Assembly (NCBI GenBank): GCA_002269645.1
Contig: NIVC01000001.1
Coordinates: 1,736,001 to 1,800,000, forward strand
Length of the DNA stretch: 64,000 nucleotides
Direction: 5' to 3'
Source of the DNA: Macrostomum lignano
Taxonomy: Eukaryota
A model generated the notes under the pieces. It was not told the origin of the DNA, made no database searches, and worked only from the letters and a program-made list of their open reading frames with translations. Within the stretch, counting starts at the first letter, position 1; each line of letters starts with the position of its first letter. The translations under genes were made by a program, and so were the position numbers. Positions 1 to 11,914 of this stretch are shown piece after piece.

Positions 1-1384
1 TTACTCCTTTGGTCAGCATGTCGTCGATCAATTCGGCCTGCTTGTCGATGACTGGACGCGCTGCACGCCGCAAACCCTGCCGGATCGGCCTTGCCCCGCC
101 GGTGTCGATGCGATGCTGCAGGACTGCAGTTCGACCAGCATTGCCAGGGGATGCAAAAACGGTGCTGAACTCTAACAGCAAATCCTTGACCGACTGTTGC
201 TCTTCGACGGAGATAGAGCTTTCGATGTGCACGTCGTTCAGCCAGTTGGTGCGAGGTAAGTCCGTCGCTAAAGCTGTTGTTGATGTAGCCGTGCTGACCG
301 CGACCGTCGCCGCCGTGCTGCCAGCGGCCGTCGCCGCCGTGCTGCCAGCGGCCGTCGCCGCCGTGCTGCCAGCGGCCGTCGCCGCCGTGCTGCCAGCGGC
401 CGTCGCCGCCGTGCTGCCAGCGGCCGTCGCCGCCGTGCTGCCAGCGGCCGTCGCCGCCGTGCTGCCAGTGGCCGTCGCCGCCGTGCTGCCAGCGGCCGTC
501 GCCGCCGTGCTGCCAGCGGCCGTCGCCGCCGTGCTGCCAGTGGCCGTCGCCGCCGTGCTGCCAGTGGCCGTCGCCGCCGTGCTGCCAGCGGCCGTCGCCG
601 CCGTGCTGCCAGCGGCACCCGATTGCTGAACGAATGGCTGACTTCCTAGCGGGGAAAAGATGCCAACAATGTCGCCGTCGCTGATGTTGACCGTGTGGTC
701 GTCGACGTTGATGACTGCTAGGCCCATGCCTCTCTCGACCAGCTTGGCAACACAACGACCCACCAGGAGCCCCTGTGATCTTGTGCCGGTGACGACTCCT
801 GGACACTCCGATCGCGTCCACGAGGCCGACTTTGCTGGTTTAACGGGGATTATCCAGCGCTCCCCTGGCTGCAGCTGCACGGAGGCCGCTGATACGAGCT
901 TGCAGGTCTGTGCTGCCTCTTTACTTTTTCGAGCTGGAATCGACACGCCTAGGCTGTTGAAAGTGATGCAACCGGCTTGGAGATGGACCGAGACGTCGTG
1001 TTCACTGAGGAAGTCACAGCCCAGGATGACGGACGTCGGGTGAAGCTTCTCGAGTACGACGAAACGATGATGGACTTGTACGGTTCCCAGAGTCACTGCC
1101 AAAGTAGTCTCACCCAGCACAGACTGTAGGTTGCCATCCACGCCTCTTATGATGATGCTGCTGGGCTGCAGCCGCCGCCTAGCTTTCTTGCATATGTCAT
1201 CGCTGATGCAGGACACCTCTGCCCCGGTGTCGATCAGACAGTGGCGCCGTCGTCTAAGGATGCGGGCTGTGACGAAGCGCACCTGGCCAGGCTGGCAGCT
1301 GCTGAGGCGTGGTGTTGAGGCCGAATGCGTTAGTGCTGAGAGGGCCGGTGCTGGCCTCGTGAACCAGCCCCCTCGGCGTTTGGG
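1..1384 (-). CDS. pol: pol (partial): protease, spacer, start of RT; in the -1 frame relative to gag
   Basis: Manual translation: ...RHCLIDTGAEVSCISDDIC...VILGCDFLSEHDVSVHL...LLLEFSTVFASPGNAGRTAVLQHRIDTGGARPIRQ.... Open from the CCCAAAC site (1384-1378) to the window edge. Absent from the ORF track, probably because it has no stop in the window. Confidence 0.88.
304..616. repeat. 24-bp minisatellite x13 inside pol (encodes AAGSTAAT in the pol frame)
   Basis: Unit GCCGTCGCCGCCGTGCTGCCAGCG; 13 copies counted from the translated repeat. Confidence 0.95.
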
Positions 1385-2439
1385 CAATTGCGTCGGATGT
1401 GGCCCGGCTGACCGCAGCCGAAACAGTTGGAACTAGCCGATGATTGCTGTCGTTGCTGTCCTCGACCGCCAGATGAGGCAGGCTGCTGAGGCATTAGTGG
1501 TTTCGGTGGTGCTGGAGGTTGGCTCTGTGGTGGTCTCGGTTGCTGGGGCTGGATTTCGCCACGGCCAGCATCCATGTAGGCCCGGGTTTCTCGAAGCTGC
1601 TGGGCTATTCGTAGAACCTGCTCCACCGTGCTTGGTGGTGTTGGTTGATTCAGTAGTCGCTCGGTGACGTAGCCGTCATTGAGACCATGCATGAACTGCT
1701 CGCTAACTGTCTGTTGGACGTAAGCCTGAGCTCTTGGGTCCGGGTATGCCCTTGCAGCTAGCCGTTGAAGCTCCGTCAGGTACGTTTCGAAGCTCTCCTC
1801 TGGTCGACGCTGCCGAGCACGGAACTCGCGGCGAAGTAGCGCTGCACTCTTGGCCCCGCCGTGACGAGACCGGAGGTGTTCAACGAGGCCCTCATAGCGG
1901 ACACCAGGTAGCTGGTCCAGGGTTGTCCCCGGTGGCAGTCCGACGTAGGCACACTGGATCGCCAGCCAGGTGGTGTACGTTGCAAAGGCCGGTCCGAGGA
2001 ACGCAGTCAGGGTGTTGATCTTGTCGGCGTCTCGAAGGCCTGGGAACCGGCTAATATAGGCGCTGATCCTGATGAGAAAGTCGTCGAAATCCTCCCGACC
2101 GTTGTACGGTGCAGGCTTAGGTACTGGCGGAAGAGCCGGTCCGGGATTGTAGTCTGGCAGCGCTGCGTATCCATCAGCTGGAGGATAGGCGTACTGCTGA
2201 ATTGCTGAGGCCTGCCCTGACGCTTGGTCGATGTCTTCAAGGAACGGGTTGGTTGAGACTTCCGCCGAGTGTGTCCTCTGAAGGTCGTTGGCAGCGAGGA
2301 AGGGATTTGTGGACATCGACACGAAGGGGTTGGACGCGTTCGTAGACTCTGTAGAAACGGAAGCTGCATCGTCGCCTGCGTTGCGCCGTCGTCCGACGAG
2401 ACGTCCACGTAGTTCCAGGTAGTCGTCGTTATTCCACAT
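1330..2439 (-). CDS. gag: gag (retrotransposon capsid plus CCHC zinc knuckle)
   Basis: ORF 1330-2463; the TTG start lies in the PBS, so the first ATG (2439) is more likely. Motifs PAPYNGREDFDDFL, LRREFRARQRRPEESFETYLTELQRLAARAYP and CFGCGQPGHIRRNC. Confidence 0.92.
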   Translation of the reverse strand: MWNNDDYLELRGRLVGRRRNAGDDAASVSTESTNASNPFVSMSTNPFLAANDLQRTHSAEVSTNPFLEDIDQASGQASAIQQYAYPPADGYAALPDYNPGPALPPVPKPAPYNGREDFDDFLIRISAYISRFPGLRDADKINTLTAFLGPAFATYTTWLAIQCAYVGLPPGTTLDQLPGVRYEGLVEHLRSRHGGAKSAALLRREFRARQRRPEESFETYLTELQRLAARAYPDPRAQAYVQQTVSEQFMHGLNDGYVTERLLNQPTPPSTVEQVLRIAQQLRETRAYMDAGRGEIQPQQPRPPQSQPPAPPKPLMPQQPASSGGRGQQRQQSSASSNCFGCGQPGHIRRNCPNAEGAGSRGQHRPSQH

Positions 2440-2447
2440 GTGGAAAA

Positions 2448-2462
2448 CTGGCGTGGTCGCCA
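2448..2462 (-). promoter_or_regulatory. Primer binding site, probably tRNA-Arg(UCG)-like
   Basis: TGGCGACCACGCCAG one base after the LTR end (...CTACA T TGG). Complementary to a tRNA ending ...CGUGGUCG-CCA, as in some metazoan tRNA-Arg(UCG). tRNA identity is from memory, not a search. Confidence 0.7.
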
Positions 2463-2463
2463 A

Positions 2464-2800
2464 TGTAGCCGCGTATTCTTGAGTTTTAACTGCCGGGACT
2501 TCTTTAGTCAGAGAAAAACTTGATTTATTTGCGTTCCAGCTTGCTTGATTAAATAGACTGACCGCGATGGGGGAGGGCAGGGTGAAAAACGCAGCTTAGA
2601 AAATCCTAACCAATCGGATTTCGCCGATAGGGTAGGCACTAAGCACTCTATTGGTTGGGGCTCGTTATTCACGCGTTTTCAGCCAATCAGAAACAAAAAG
2701 AAATTTCTAGAAAAGGCTATACGCAGGGGTGGGGTGACGCAGAAAGAAATACGGAGAAAACACTAGAAGTGCACGCGCACGCAAATTGAGCACTATTACA
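2464..2800 (-). repeat. 5' LTR (about 337 bp)
   Basis: Minus strand starts TGTAAT and ends GCTACA. AATAAA at 2529-2524, CCAAT-like boxes, and an abrupt switch to AT-rich DNA beyond 2800. Confidence 0.8.
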
Positions 2801-3363
2801 AGAAAGTAAATATTTCCTTTAAAATACATTAAAAGATCGAAGCATTTAAGGTTTAAATTAAGAGAAAATTTAAGAAAGGAAGCATTTAAAAATAGTGACT
2901 AGACAAATTTCAACGTGGTTTTGTTACTTTTCCAGTTACTGGATTAATAGACATGTTTGACTACCCTATTCCTCGGTCTCGTTATTAATACCAGACAAAT
3001 ATAGGCATTTTGTTATCTCAATATCTGTCTAATAAAGTTGATAGGACCTAACAATAATTATCTATTTTACAATGAATAGGCCTTGTTTCTAGAATTTATA
3101 CACTTCTTGGACACCTACTGGAATCTTGATTATTTTATTGTTATACTACTAGTAGGCCCCCCTACTTAGACTTAGAGTAGGCCTAGGCCTATGCCTTACT
3201 CTGCAATTATTTGAATTAAATGGTCTAATCTTAAACCAAACTAATCTTAAACCAGAAATAAGGATTGGAAAGTTTTTACCTATTTTTTTTTGCAAAAGTA
3301 AAAAACATGTAAGTAAATATAGGTTTTTTTTGTATTTTTACATAGGCCTTTATAGGCCTATAA

Positions 3364-4855
3364 TATATGGTCAAATCCAAAAATCGGGGGCAAGTTTTAT
3401 AAAAATTCGTTTTTTGGCAATTTGAAAGCATTAAATAAAGCTATGAAATAAATTTATTCAAGTTTTTAAAAGGTAAAAAAGTCTATTAAAGCACAAATTA
3501 TTTTCGTATAGCTTTTTTTTAATAAAATGATTTGTTAATGTTAAAATGGTAAAATATTTTATTAACTTTAACTATCTTATAAATATAATGTTACACTCTA
3601 TAATTCTACAACATATTTAACATTATTTTCAAGGGTTTATTTGTTTATCACTTTCGTTACTCTTGACAACGTATATTTTGTAGAGTTCGTTTGCAATAAA
3701 TTGTATTCAATGTAAGTTTATTATTTAAACATACAAATTCCCCTAAGGATTGGAAAATTGCATCTTACTCAGCTTCTATTAAAGCAATTTAGAAAATTCT
3801 TTTTTCCTGCATACACGCCGCAATTATACATGTTTTAGTGTAATTTCATTGTTTTTCGTCGCTTAATGAGCATACAGTAAACATCTGATTTGGAAGCCGG
3901 GTAACACATTGGAATTCCCATAAGGATTGGAAAATTGCATTTTCTACTAAAGCAATTTGGAAAATTCTTTTTTTCCTGCATACACACCGCGATGATACAT
4001 GTTTTAGTCTAATTTCATTGTTCTTTGTTGCTTAATGAGCATACAGTAAGCATCTGATTTGGAAGCCGAGTAACACATTGGAATTCCCATAAGGATTGAA
4101 AAATTGCATTTTACTCAGCTTCTACTAAAGCGATTTGGAAAATTCTTTTTTTCCTGTATACATGCCGCAATAATACATGTTTTAGTGTAATTTCATTGTT
4201 CTTCGTCGCTTAATGAGCATATAACAAGTATCTGATTTGGATGCCGGGTTCACATTTTGTGGTACCATTTTTTACCCAAATTTTTTAAGTCTAAATATAG
4301 ACATATTACAAATCAAATACTTGTATTATTACAAGTTGATATTTAAATGAAAGAAAACAACTTAAAGATTATTTTGCAACAAGGAATTAGCGATATATTT
4401 ACTTTTAAAGAAAAATGTTTGCTGGCAAACTTTGCACTTTATATTAGTATGAATTTTCGCGAGTTTATATGGTTTTAGAAAAACTTTGAAATCCTTAGAA
4501 ATACTCTATCTTTTTGAATTGAATAAAAAGTAAAACACAGATTACTTTCTGTTTTGTAAGTAGTAAAAAAATTAGCCTTCTCTAAGGCCTACAAGTCTTA
4601 AAATTAATTGTTTAATAATGAAAAAAAGTGAAACAAAAAATTGCAATTCGGTCAACTTGGACTTTTAAAATGCTTTTTTGTGGTTTTTTCTTATTTATTC
4701 AACAATATAAAGAATGAAAACAATAGTTTTTATCCAGAACTATTTTCTAAAGACCTATCTATCTTTCAAAAACTTTTTTAGATACATTACTTTCCATTGA
4801 ATGTCCGCAGATTTGTTTTATTATTTTATCCCACGTTTTTGGATTTCGCCATATA
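3364..4855. mobile_element. Possible non-autonomous TIR element containing an about 170-bp tandem repeat
   Basis: TATATGGTCAAATCCAAAAA at 3364 versus the inverted TTTTTGGATTTCGCCATATA ending 4855 (imperfect). Three about 170-bp units at 3736-4255 start AATTCCC(C/A)TAAGGATTG. Confidence 0.45.
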
Positions 4856-5438
4856 GTCAACATATAAAATTTAAACTCTGTATATATGTGTATACAAATT
4901 ATTTTGCTACAGTATAGATGCTTAGACCTAAACGGTATAGTACCAAGACCGCCACACTTGGGAAGCTAAGGGAGAAATTTGAATTTATGTGTTATTAGAT
5001 GGTGCTAGAGAGGAAATGAGTGAGTAGGAGAGCCAGCAGCAGGAAAAGAACCTATGAGAGGAATAGCAATGGTAGAAGATTGGTAGGCCCCCCCCCTAGC
5101 TCCCCCTCAATACTAGTAGCCAGTAATAGCTGTGGTGGTCTTGGTATGTGGCGGTCTTAGTCATGCGCCACCTAAACTACTTAAATCAAATTATATCAAA
5201 TTTCTCACCTACCCTAGGTAGAGACTTTAGTAGGATTTTGAAAGTTGAAAATGATGCAGAAAAAAACAAAAATTTCCAAAACTTAAAAATTCAATTGCTA
5301 CATATTGAACTAGTTTTATCAAATGCCACACTTAGAGACACCGCAACAATGTCTATAATGTAGAAACTTATAGAATAGACATGGTCGCCATGTCAATGAA
5401 ACTTGCATGGCAGCCATGTCTTAATTAGGCCCTTACAT

Positions 5439-5594
5439 GCGCAACCTTGGGAATCACTCGGCCATTTCTATTGGCAACACACACATGTAAGTTGCTATTG
5501 GCTAAGAGCAGTCACGTGACTATTATTCTATCCAATAGTGACTTACATGTGTGTGTTGCCAATAGAAATGGCCGGGTGAATCCCTAGGTTGCGC
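5439..5594. repeat. Long inverted repeat / MITE-like hairpin
   Basis: About 60-bp arms (GCGCAACC..CGGCCATTTCTATTGGCAACACACACATGTAAGT and its reverse complement) around a central palindrome AGTCACGTGACT. Confidence 0.8.
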
Positions 5595-5921
5595 CCAAGT
5601 ATGAATAGGCCTATTGAATGGGTTCATACTTAAAGACATGGTGGGTAGCCATGTCATTACTATTGAATGGGTTCACACATAGAGACACTGGGTAGCTGTG
5701 TCTCTAATATTGGAGCTTATAGACATGGCTGCCATGCTATTGCTATGTATATAATCATTGATCAGATGAAAAGATCAATTGATTGAAATTTTAGAGTTTT
5801 TTATTAGAATTTTTTTAATTAAATTTAATTTAATTTTTAGTAGTAACATAAAATAATAATAAGGTGTGGCCACAATTATTTATATGCTACTAAAAAGAAA
5901 TATTTGTTTTAATACATATCA

Positions 5922-6663
5922 TAGTGATGGATCGAAATTATTTTTCAAATCAAAATCGAAATTGAAATTTTCGGTTCCTTAGAAGCAAAATTGAAATTGA
6001 AATTGAAATCAAAATCAAAATTTTTGAGCTTAACAAATTTTTACTTTTTTGCTAATCATGCAAAAAGGTTAACACCTTGCCTCTGCATATATGAGCTTAC
6101 ATGTTTTATAAAAAGTATCTTTGATATGTTTAAACCAGAATACTTAAGATTTAACTTACTTTTAAAATACAAAATAGAAAATGCTGATGTATTATGTATT
6201 ATACACTTGTACATAGAAATATAGTAGAAGTTGTATTATACTTCACCGCTGTTTAAGCTGAAGATCTAGATACGAGTAGCCTATATCCATTTCATTAAGG
6301 CTTTAAGTCTTTAGCCAATTAAAATCCACGCCAATGAGTTCAGCCAGTGGGCTTGTGGAGGTTGAGGTGGGTGCAGCACAAGGCCTAGAACAGTGTGTGC
6401 CCCGCACAATCTTTTCTTATAGAAAAGGCAATTCTCACCTCCCCACTGAGTCTTTGAACTGCATTTCCTTTCACTTCCTATAGATTTTCTTACTCATTTA
6501 GCATGATCATCAATGTCTAAATTGTTAAAATATAACTAAAATTTTGAAATGATTTTTGAGAAATGGTGTCGAAATTCAAAATCAAAATCAAAATTATTTT
6601 GATGCAAAATTAGTTTTGAAATTCGGAATATCAAAATCAAAATCGAATTTCGATCCATCACTA
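5922..6663. mobile_element. Non-autonomous hAT-like DNA transposon
   Basis: 18-bp perfect TIR TAGTGATGGATCGAAATT / AATTTCGATCCATCACTA, 8-bp TSD ACATATCA / ACATATTA (7 of 8 match), and subterminal AAAATC/GAAATT repeats. Confidence 0.8.
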
Positions 6664-7599
6664 ACATATTAGCCATACTGTAAGATTCAGTGTTACTCTT
6701 ATTTAAAAAAATAATTTAATTTAATCTAATTATTGTTTTATTTTAACTAAAAACTTGAAAAGTTCAAAATACAAAAATTTTGGTTTACTATAAAAATTCA
6801 AGTAAAAAACTCCAACTACTTAGGATTCAAACCTTGCTACATGCAGTCACAAAGCAATTGTCTTATCTACTAAGTCACCATTTGATTGTAAAAGAGCCTT
6901 ACAAAACATACATTTTATATCAATGATTATAGCTATGCCTATAAGCTCAAATTTTATAGACATGGCCACTGTGCCTATTGGCTATAAGTACTCCATTTAT
7001 AGGAACCCAAAATATGTATATCCTATATACTAAAAATGAGTTGTCTGTGGGTATGCGATAGATTTCAGAAAAATTGGCTCAACCGATTTTCTTCAAACTT
7101 GCACCATTCGATCAGAAATTTTCCTGGGACGGTACATGCATCTTGGCTAAGAAATTGCTCAATTCTAAAGGGATTAAATATTCGAAAAACATGCTTTTTT
7201 GCAAAGGTCAAGCAAAATTTTAGACTTGAAATGCATTGTAAGAATGCTAGAGAAAAACCTGACTGACTGAATTTCAATTCTGATAAAGATTGCATCACAA
7301 CAAGTTGAAAACAGTGTCGAAGAAATGCACACACGACTTGATTTAAATTGCGTAACCAATATCGCTAACTTAAATTGAGACTGATACTGGCTGACTGAGA
7401 AATTGATTATGTCATAACTTTTTACTCTAACCGACTTGCTATAAGTATTGAATTATAAGGGCCACAAGTCATGTTCTCCAATTGAAAAGAGATAGCCGGA
7501 TGCAAACAGACTGGAATGCTAATGTAGCGACCTTGGTTCGAATCTTAGTAGTGAAAAATGTTTTTTTATTAAAACACCTTAAAAAACACAAAATTCTAA

Positions 7600-9960
7600 A
7601 CATTAAAGAGCCACCATGTCGAACATAAAAGAGCCACCATATCAAACATTAAAGAGCGACCATTTCAAACATTAAAGAGCCACAATGTCAAATATTAAAG
7701 AGCCACCATTTCAAACCTAAAAGAGCCACCATGTCGAACATTAAAGAGCCACCATGTCGAACATAAAAGAGCCACCATATCAAACATTAAAGAGCCACCA
7801 TTTCAAACATTAAAGAGCCACAATGTCAAACATTAAAGAGCCACCATTTCAAACCTAAAAGAGCCACCATGTCGAACATTAAAGAGCCACCATGTCGAAC
7901 ATAAAAGAGCCACCATATCAAACATAAAAGAGTTACCATGTCAAACATTAAAGAGCCACCATGTCGAACATTAAAGAGCCACAATGTCAAACATTAAAGA
8001 GCCCCCATTTCAAACCTAAAAGAGCCACCATGTCGAACATTAAAAAGCCACCATGTCAAACATTAAAGAGCCACAATGGCAAACATTAAAGAGACACCAT
8101 TTCAAACCTAAAAGAGTTACTATGTCAAACATTAAAGAGCCGCCGTGTCAAGCATAAAACAGACACCATTAAGAACATTAAAGAGCCACCATGTCGAACA
8201 TTAAAGAGCCACCATGTCAAACATAAAACAGCCACCATTTCGAAAATTAAAGAGCCACCATTTTAAACATTAAAGAGCCACCTTGTCAAATATTAAAGAG
8301 CCACAATGTCAAACATTAAAGAGCCACCTTATCAAACATTAAAGAGCCACCATGTCGAACATAAAAGAGCCACAATGTAGAACATAAAAGAGTCACCATG
8401 CCAAACATTAAAGAGCCACCATGTAAAACATTAAAGAGCCACCATGTCGAACATAAAAGAGGTACCATGTCAAACATTAAAGACCCACCAGGTCAAACAT
8501 GAAAGTGCCACCATGTCAAATATTAAAAAGCCACCATGTCAAACATTAAAGAGCCACCAGGTCAAACATGAAAGTGCCACCATATAAAACATTAAAGAGC
8601 CACCATGTCAAACATTAAAGAGCCACCAGGTCAAACATATACATGACTCCATGTCAAACATTAAAGAGCCACCATGTCGAACATAAAAGGGCCACCATGT
8701 CAAACATTAAAGAGCCACCATGCCGAACATTTAAGAACCACCATGTCAAACATAAAATAGCCACCATGTGAAACATATAGGTGACTCCATGTAAAACATT
8801 AAAGAGCTACCATATCAGACATATACATGACTCCATGTCAAACATATACGTGACTCCATGTTAGATATTAAAGAGCCACCATGTCGAACATTAAAGATCC
8901 AACGTGTTAAAAATACAAGAGCCACCATGTCAAACATATACATGACTCCATGTCAAACATTGAAGAGACACCATGTCGAACATAAAAGAGCCACCATGCA
9001 AAACATAAAAGAGCCACCATGTCTAACATTAAAGAGCCACCATGGCAAACATATACATGACTCTATGTCGAACAATCAAGAGCCACCATGTCAAACATAT
9101 ACATGACTCCATGTCAAACGTTAAAGAGACACCATGTCAAACATTTAAGAGCCACCAGGTCAAACATGAAAGTGCCACCATGTAAAACATTAAAGAGCCA
9201 CCATGTCAAACATATACGTAACTCCATGTCAAACATTGAAGAGACCCCATGTCAAACATTAAAGAGCCACCACGTAAAACATTAAAGAGCCACCATGTCA
9301 AACATATACGTAACTCCATGTCAAACATTGAAGAGACCCCATGTCAAACATTAAAGAGCCACCACGTCGAACATAAAAGAGCCACCATGTAAAACATATA
9401 CGTAACTCCATGTCGAACATTAAAGAGCCACCATGTCGAACATAAAAGAGCTACCATGTCAAACATTAAAGAGCCACTATGTTAAACATAAAAGAGCCAT
9501 CATGTCAAACATATAAGTGACTTTATGTCGAACATTAAAGAGCCACCATGTCTAACATTAAAGAGCCACCATGTCCAACATTAAAGAGCCACCATGTCAA
9601 AAATTAAAGAGCTACTTTGTCTAACATTGAAGAGCCACCATGTCAAACATTAAAGAGCCACCATGTCAAACATTAAAGAGCCACCATGTCAAACATTAAA
9701 GAGCCACCATGTCAAACATAAAAGAGCCACCTTTTTGAACATTAAAGAGCCACCATGTCAAACATAATAGAGCCACCATGTCAAACATTAAAAAGCCACT
9801 TTGTCAAACATAGAAGAGCCCCCATGTCAAACATAGAAGAGCCCCCATGTCAAACATAGAAGAGCCACTATGTCAGACATTGAAAAGCCACCGTATCAAA
9901 CATAAAAGAGTTACCATGTACGAGCGTAGAACATAAAAGAGCCACCCTGTTAAACATAAA
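7600..9960. repeat. 23-bp satellite (AAAGAGCCACCATGTCAAACATT)n inside Helitron A
   Basis: Directly visible; roughly 100 diverged units. Confidence 0.95.
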
Positions 9961-10049
9961 AGATACACAATTTCAAACGTAAAAGTAAGCGAATTTTAAA
10001 GGAGCCGCTATAATGCTAAGGAAATTGTCGCACTAGCTACTTATTGTCT

Positions 10050-11160
10050 GGTGGATGCTTGCTATTTGGGGATGCTATCTATCTTGGGGATGCTTGCTAT
10101 CTGGGGGATGCTTGCTATCTGGGGATGCTTGCTATCTGGGGATGCTTGCTATCTGGGGGATGCTTGCTGTCTGGGGGATGCTTGCTATCTGGGGGATGCT
10201 TGCTATCTGGGGGATGCTTGCTATCTGGGGGATGCTTGCTATCTGGGGGATGCTTGCTATCTGGGGGATGCTTGCTATCTGGGGGATGCTTGCAATCTGG
10301 GGGATGCTTGCTATCTTGGGGATGCTTGCTATCTGGGGGATGCTTGCTATCTGGGGGATGCTTGCTATCTGGGGGATGCTTGCTATCTGGGGGATGCTTG
10401 CTATCTGGGGGATGCTTGCTATCTGGGGGATGCTTGCTATCTGGGGGATGCTTGCTATCTGGGGGATGCTTGCTATCTGGGGGATGCTTGCTATCTGGGG
10501 GATGCTTGCTATCTGGGGGATGCTTGCTATCTGGGGGATGCTTGCTATCTGGGGGATGCTTGCTATCTGGGGGATGCTTGCTATCTGGGGGATGCTTGCT
10601 ATCTGGGGGATGCTTGCTATCTGGGGGATGCTTGCTATCTTGGGGATGCTTGCTATCTGGGGGATGCTTGCAATCTGGGGGATGCTTGCTATCTGGGGAT
10701 GCTTGCTATCTGGGGGATGCTTGCTATCTGGGGGATGCTTGCTATCTGGGGGATGCTTGCTATCTGAGGATGCTTGCTATCTGGGGGATGCTTGCTATCT
10801 GGGGGATGCTTGCTATCTGGGGGATGCTTGCTATCTGGGGGATGCTTGCTATCTGGGGGATGCTTGCTATCTTGGGGATGCTTGCTATCTGGGGGATGCT
10901 TGCTATCTGGGGGATGCTTGCTATCTGGGGGATGCTTGCTATCTGGGGGATGCTTGCTATCTAGGGGATGCTTGCTATCTGGGGATGCTTGCTGTCTGGG
11001 GGATGCTTGCTATCTGGGGGATGCTTGCTATCTGGGGGATGCTTGCTATCTGAGGGATGCTTGCTATCTTGGGGATGCTTGCTATCTGGGGGATGCTTGC
11101 TATCTGGGGGATGCTTGCTATCTAGGGGATGCTTGCTATCTGGGGGATGCTTGCAGTCTT
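10050..11160. repeat. 18-bp G-rich minisatellite (CTGGGGGATGCTTGCTAT)n inside Helitron A
   Basis: Directly visible; explains the GDACYL / GMLAIW / GGCLLS ORFs. Confidence 0.95.
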
Positions 11161-11914
11161 GGGATGATTTCTTTTTGCACTGCGCTTCATTTGAGCAGTT
11201 TGTCTGTTGTCTTTTTGAAGGATTTTTGGCTGTCTTTTTGTTACTTGTAGAAAACAGAGATTCTATCCAGATGTCCCCCATCGGGGGGCGAAGATTGCTA
11301 GTCCTATATACTAAAAATGAGTTGTTTGTTTGTACGCAATCGATTAGAGAAAAAATGGCTAGACCGATTTTCTTCGAACTTGCACTGTTCGATCAGAAAT
11401 TTTCCTGGGACGGTACATGCATCTTGGCTAAGAAATTGCTCCATGTTAAAGCGATTAAATATTCGAAAAACATGCTTTTTTGCAAAGGTCAAGCAAACTT
11501 TTCGACTTGAAATGCATTGTAAGAATGCTAGAGAAAAAACTGACTGGTTGAATTCTGATTCTGAAATAGATTACATCATAACTGAATTGTAACTCCGACT
11601 TGAATTGCGTCACAGTATTGAAAATGCAGTGTGGAAGCGTAGCACTGCAGACTTGATTTAGATTGCGCAACAATATTGTTAACTGATACTGACTGACTGA
11701 GAAATTGATTATGTAATAACTGCCTTGTGTGATTTACTCTATGCTTGGAGTTTTGAAACTTATAATTATAAGTGCTGAATTCATGTTATCAAAACAATAA
11801 GAGCTAGCCTAGAGGTAAACAGACTGAACTGCTAAATGCAGAAACGATGGTTCGAATTTTTAGAGAGTAGAGTTTTTTTAATTAAAGCTTTTTAACGCCA
11901 AGAAAACTAAAAAA

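Larger units (their letters stand above)
1..2800 (-). mobile_element. Ty3/gypsy LTR retrotransposon, 5' portion (LTR-PBS-gag-pol; continues off the left edge)
   Basis: LTR with TGTA...TACA ends (2800-2464), PBS, gag with CCHC knuckle, then pol with aspartic protease motif LIDTGA and a gypsy-type pre-RT segment (HRIDTGGARPIRQGLRR...IDDMLTKGV). No stops seen in pol by manual translation. Confidence 0.93.
7021..11301 (+). mobile_element. Non-autonomous Helitron-like element, copy A
   Basis: Starts A|TCCTATATAC and ends with hairpin CCCCCA-TC-GGGGGG then CGAAGATTG-CTAG. The first about 550 bp are homologous to copy B. No RepHel ORF. Confidence 0.8.

Noticed and set aside
9-629. 206-aa plus-strand ORF and poly-LAARRRRP ORF
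   Set aside because: Antisense or alternative frames of pol and its 24-bp repeat.
6820-6880. tRNA gene candidate on the minus strand
   Set aside because: Eroded A/B boxes and no foldable cloverleaf by eye; a relic at best.
7600-9960. Perfect Kozak GCCACCATG in nearly every 23-bp unit
   Set aside because: The homologous array in copy B lacks it and the 23-bp period gives only short ORFs; likely coincidence.
10044-11281. GDACYL / GMLAIW / GGCLLS ORFs
   Set aside because: All frames are open because of an 18-bp repeat inside a Helitron-like element.
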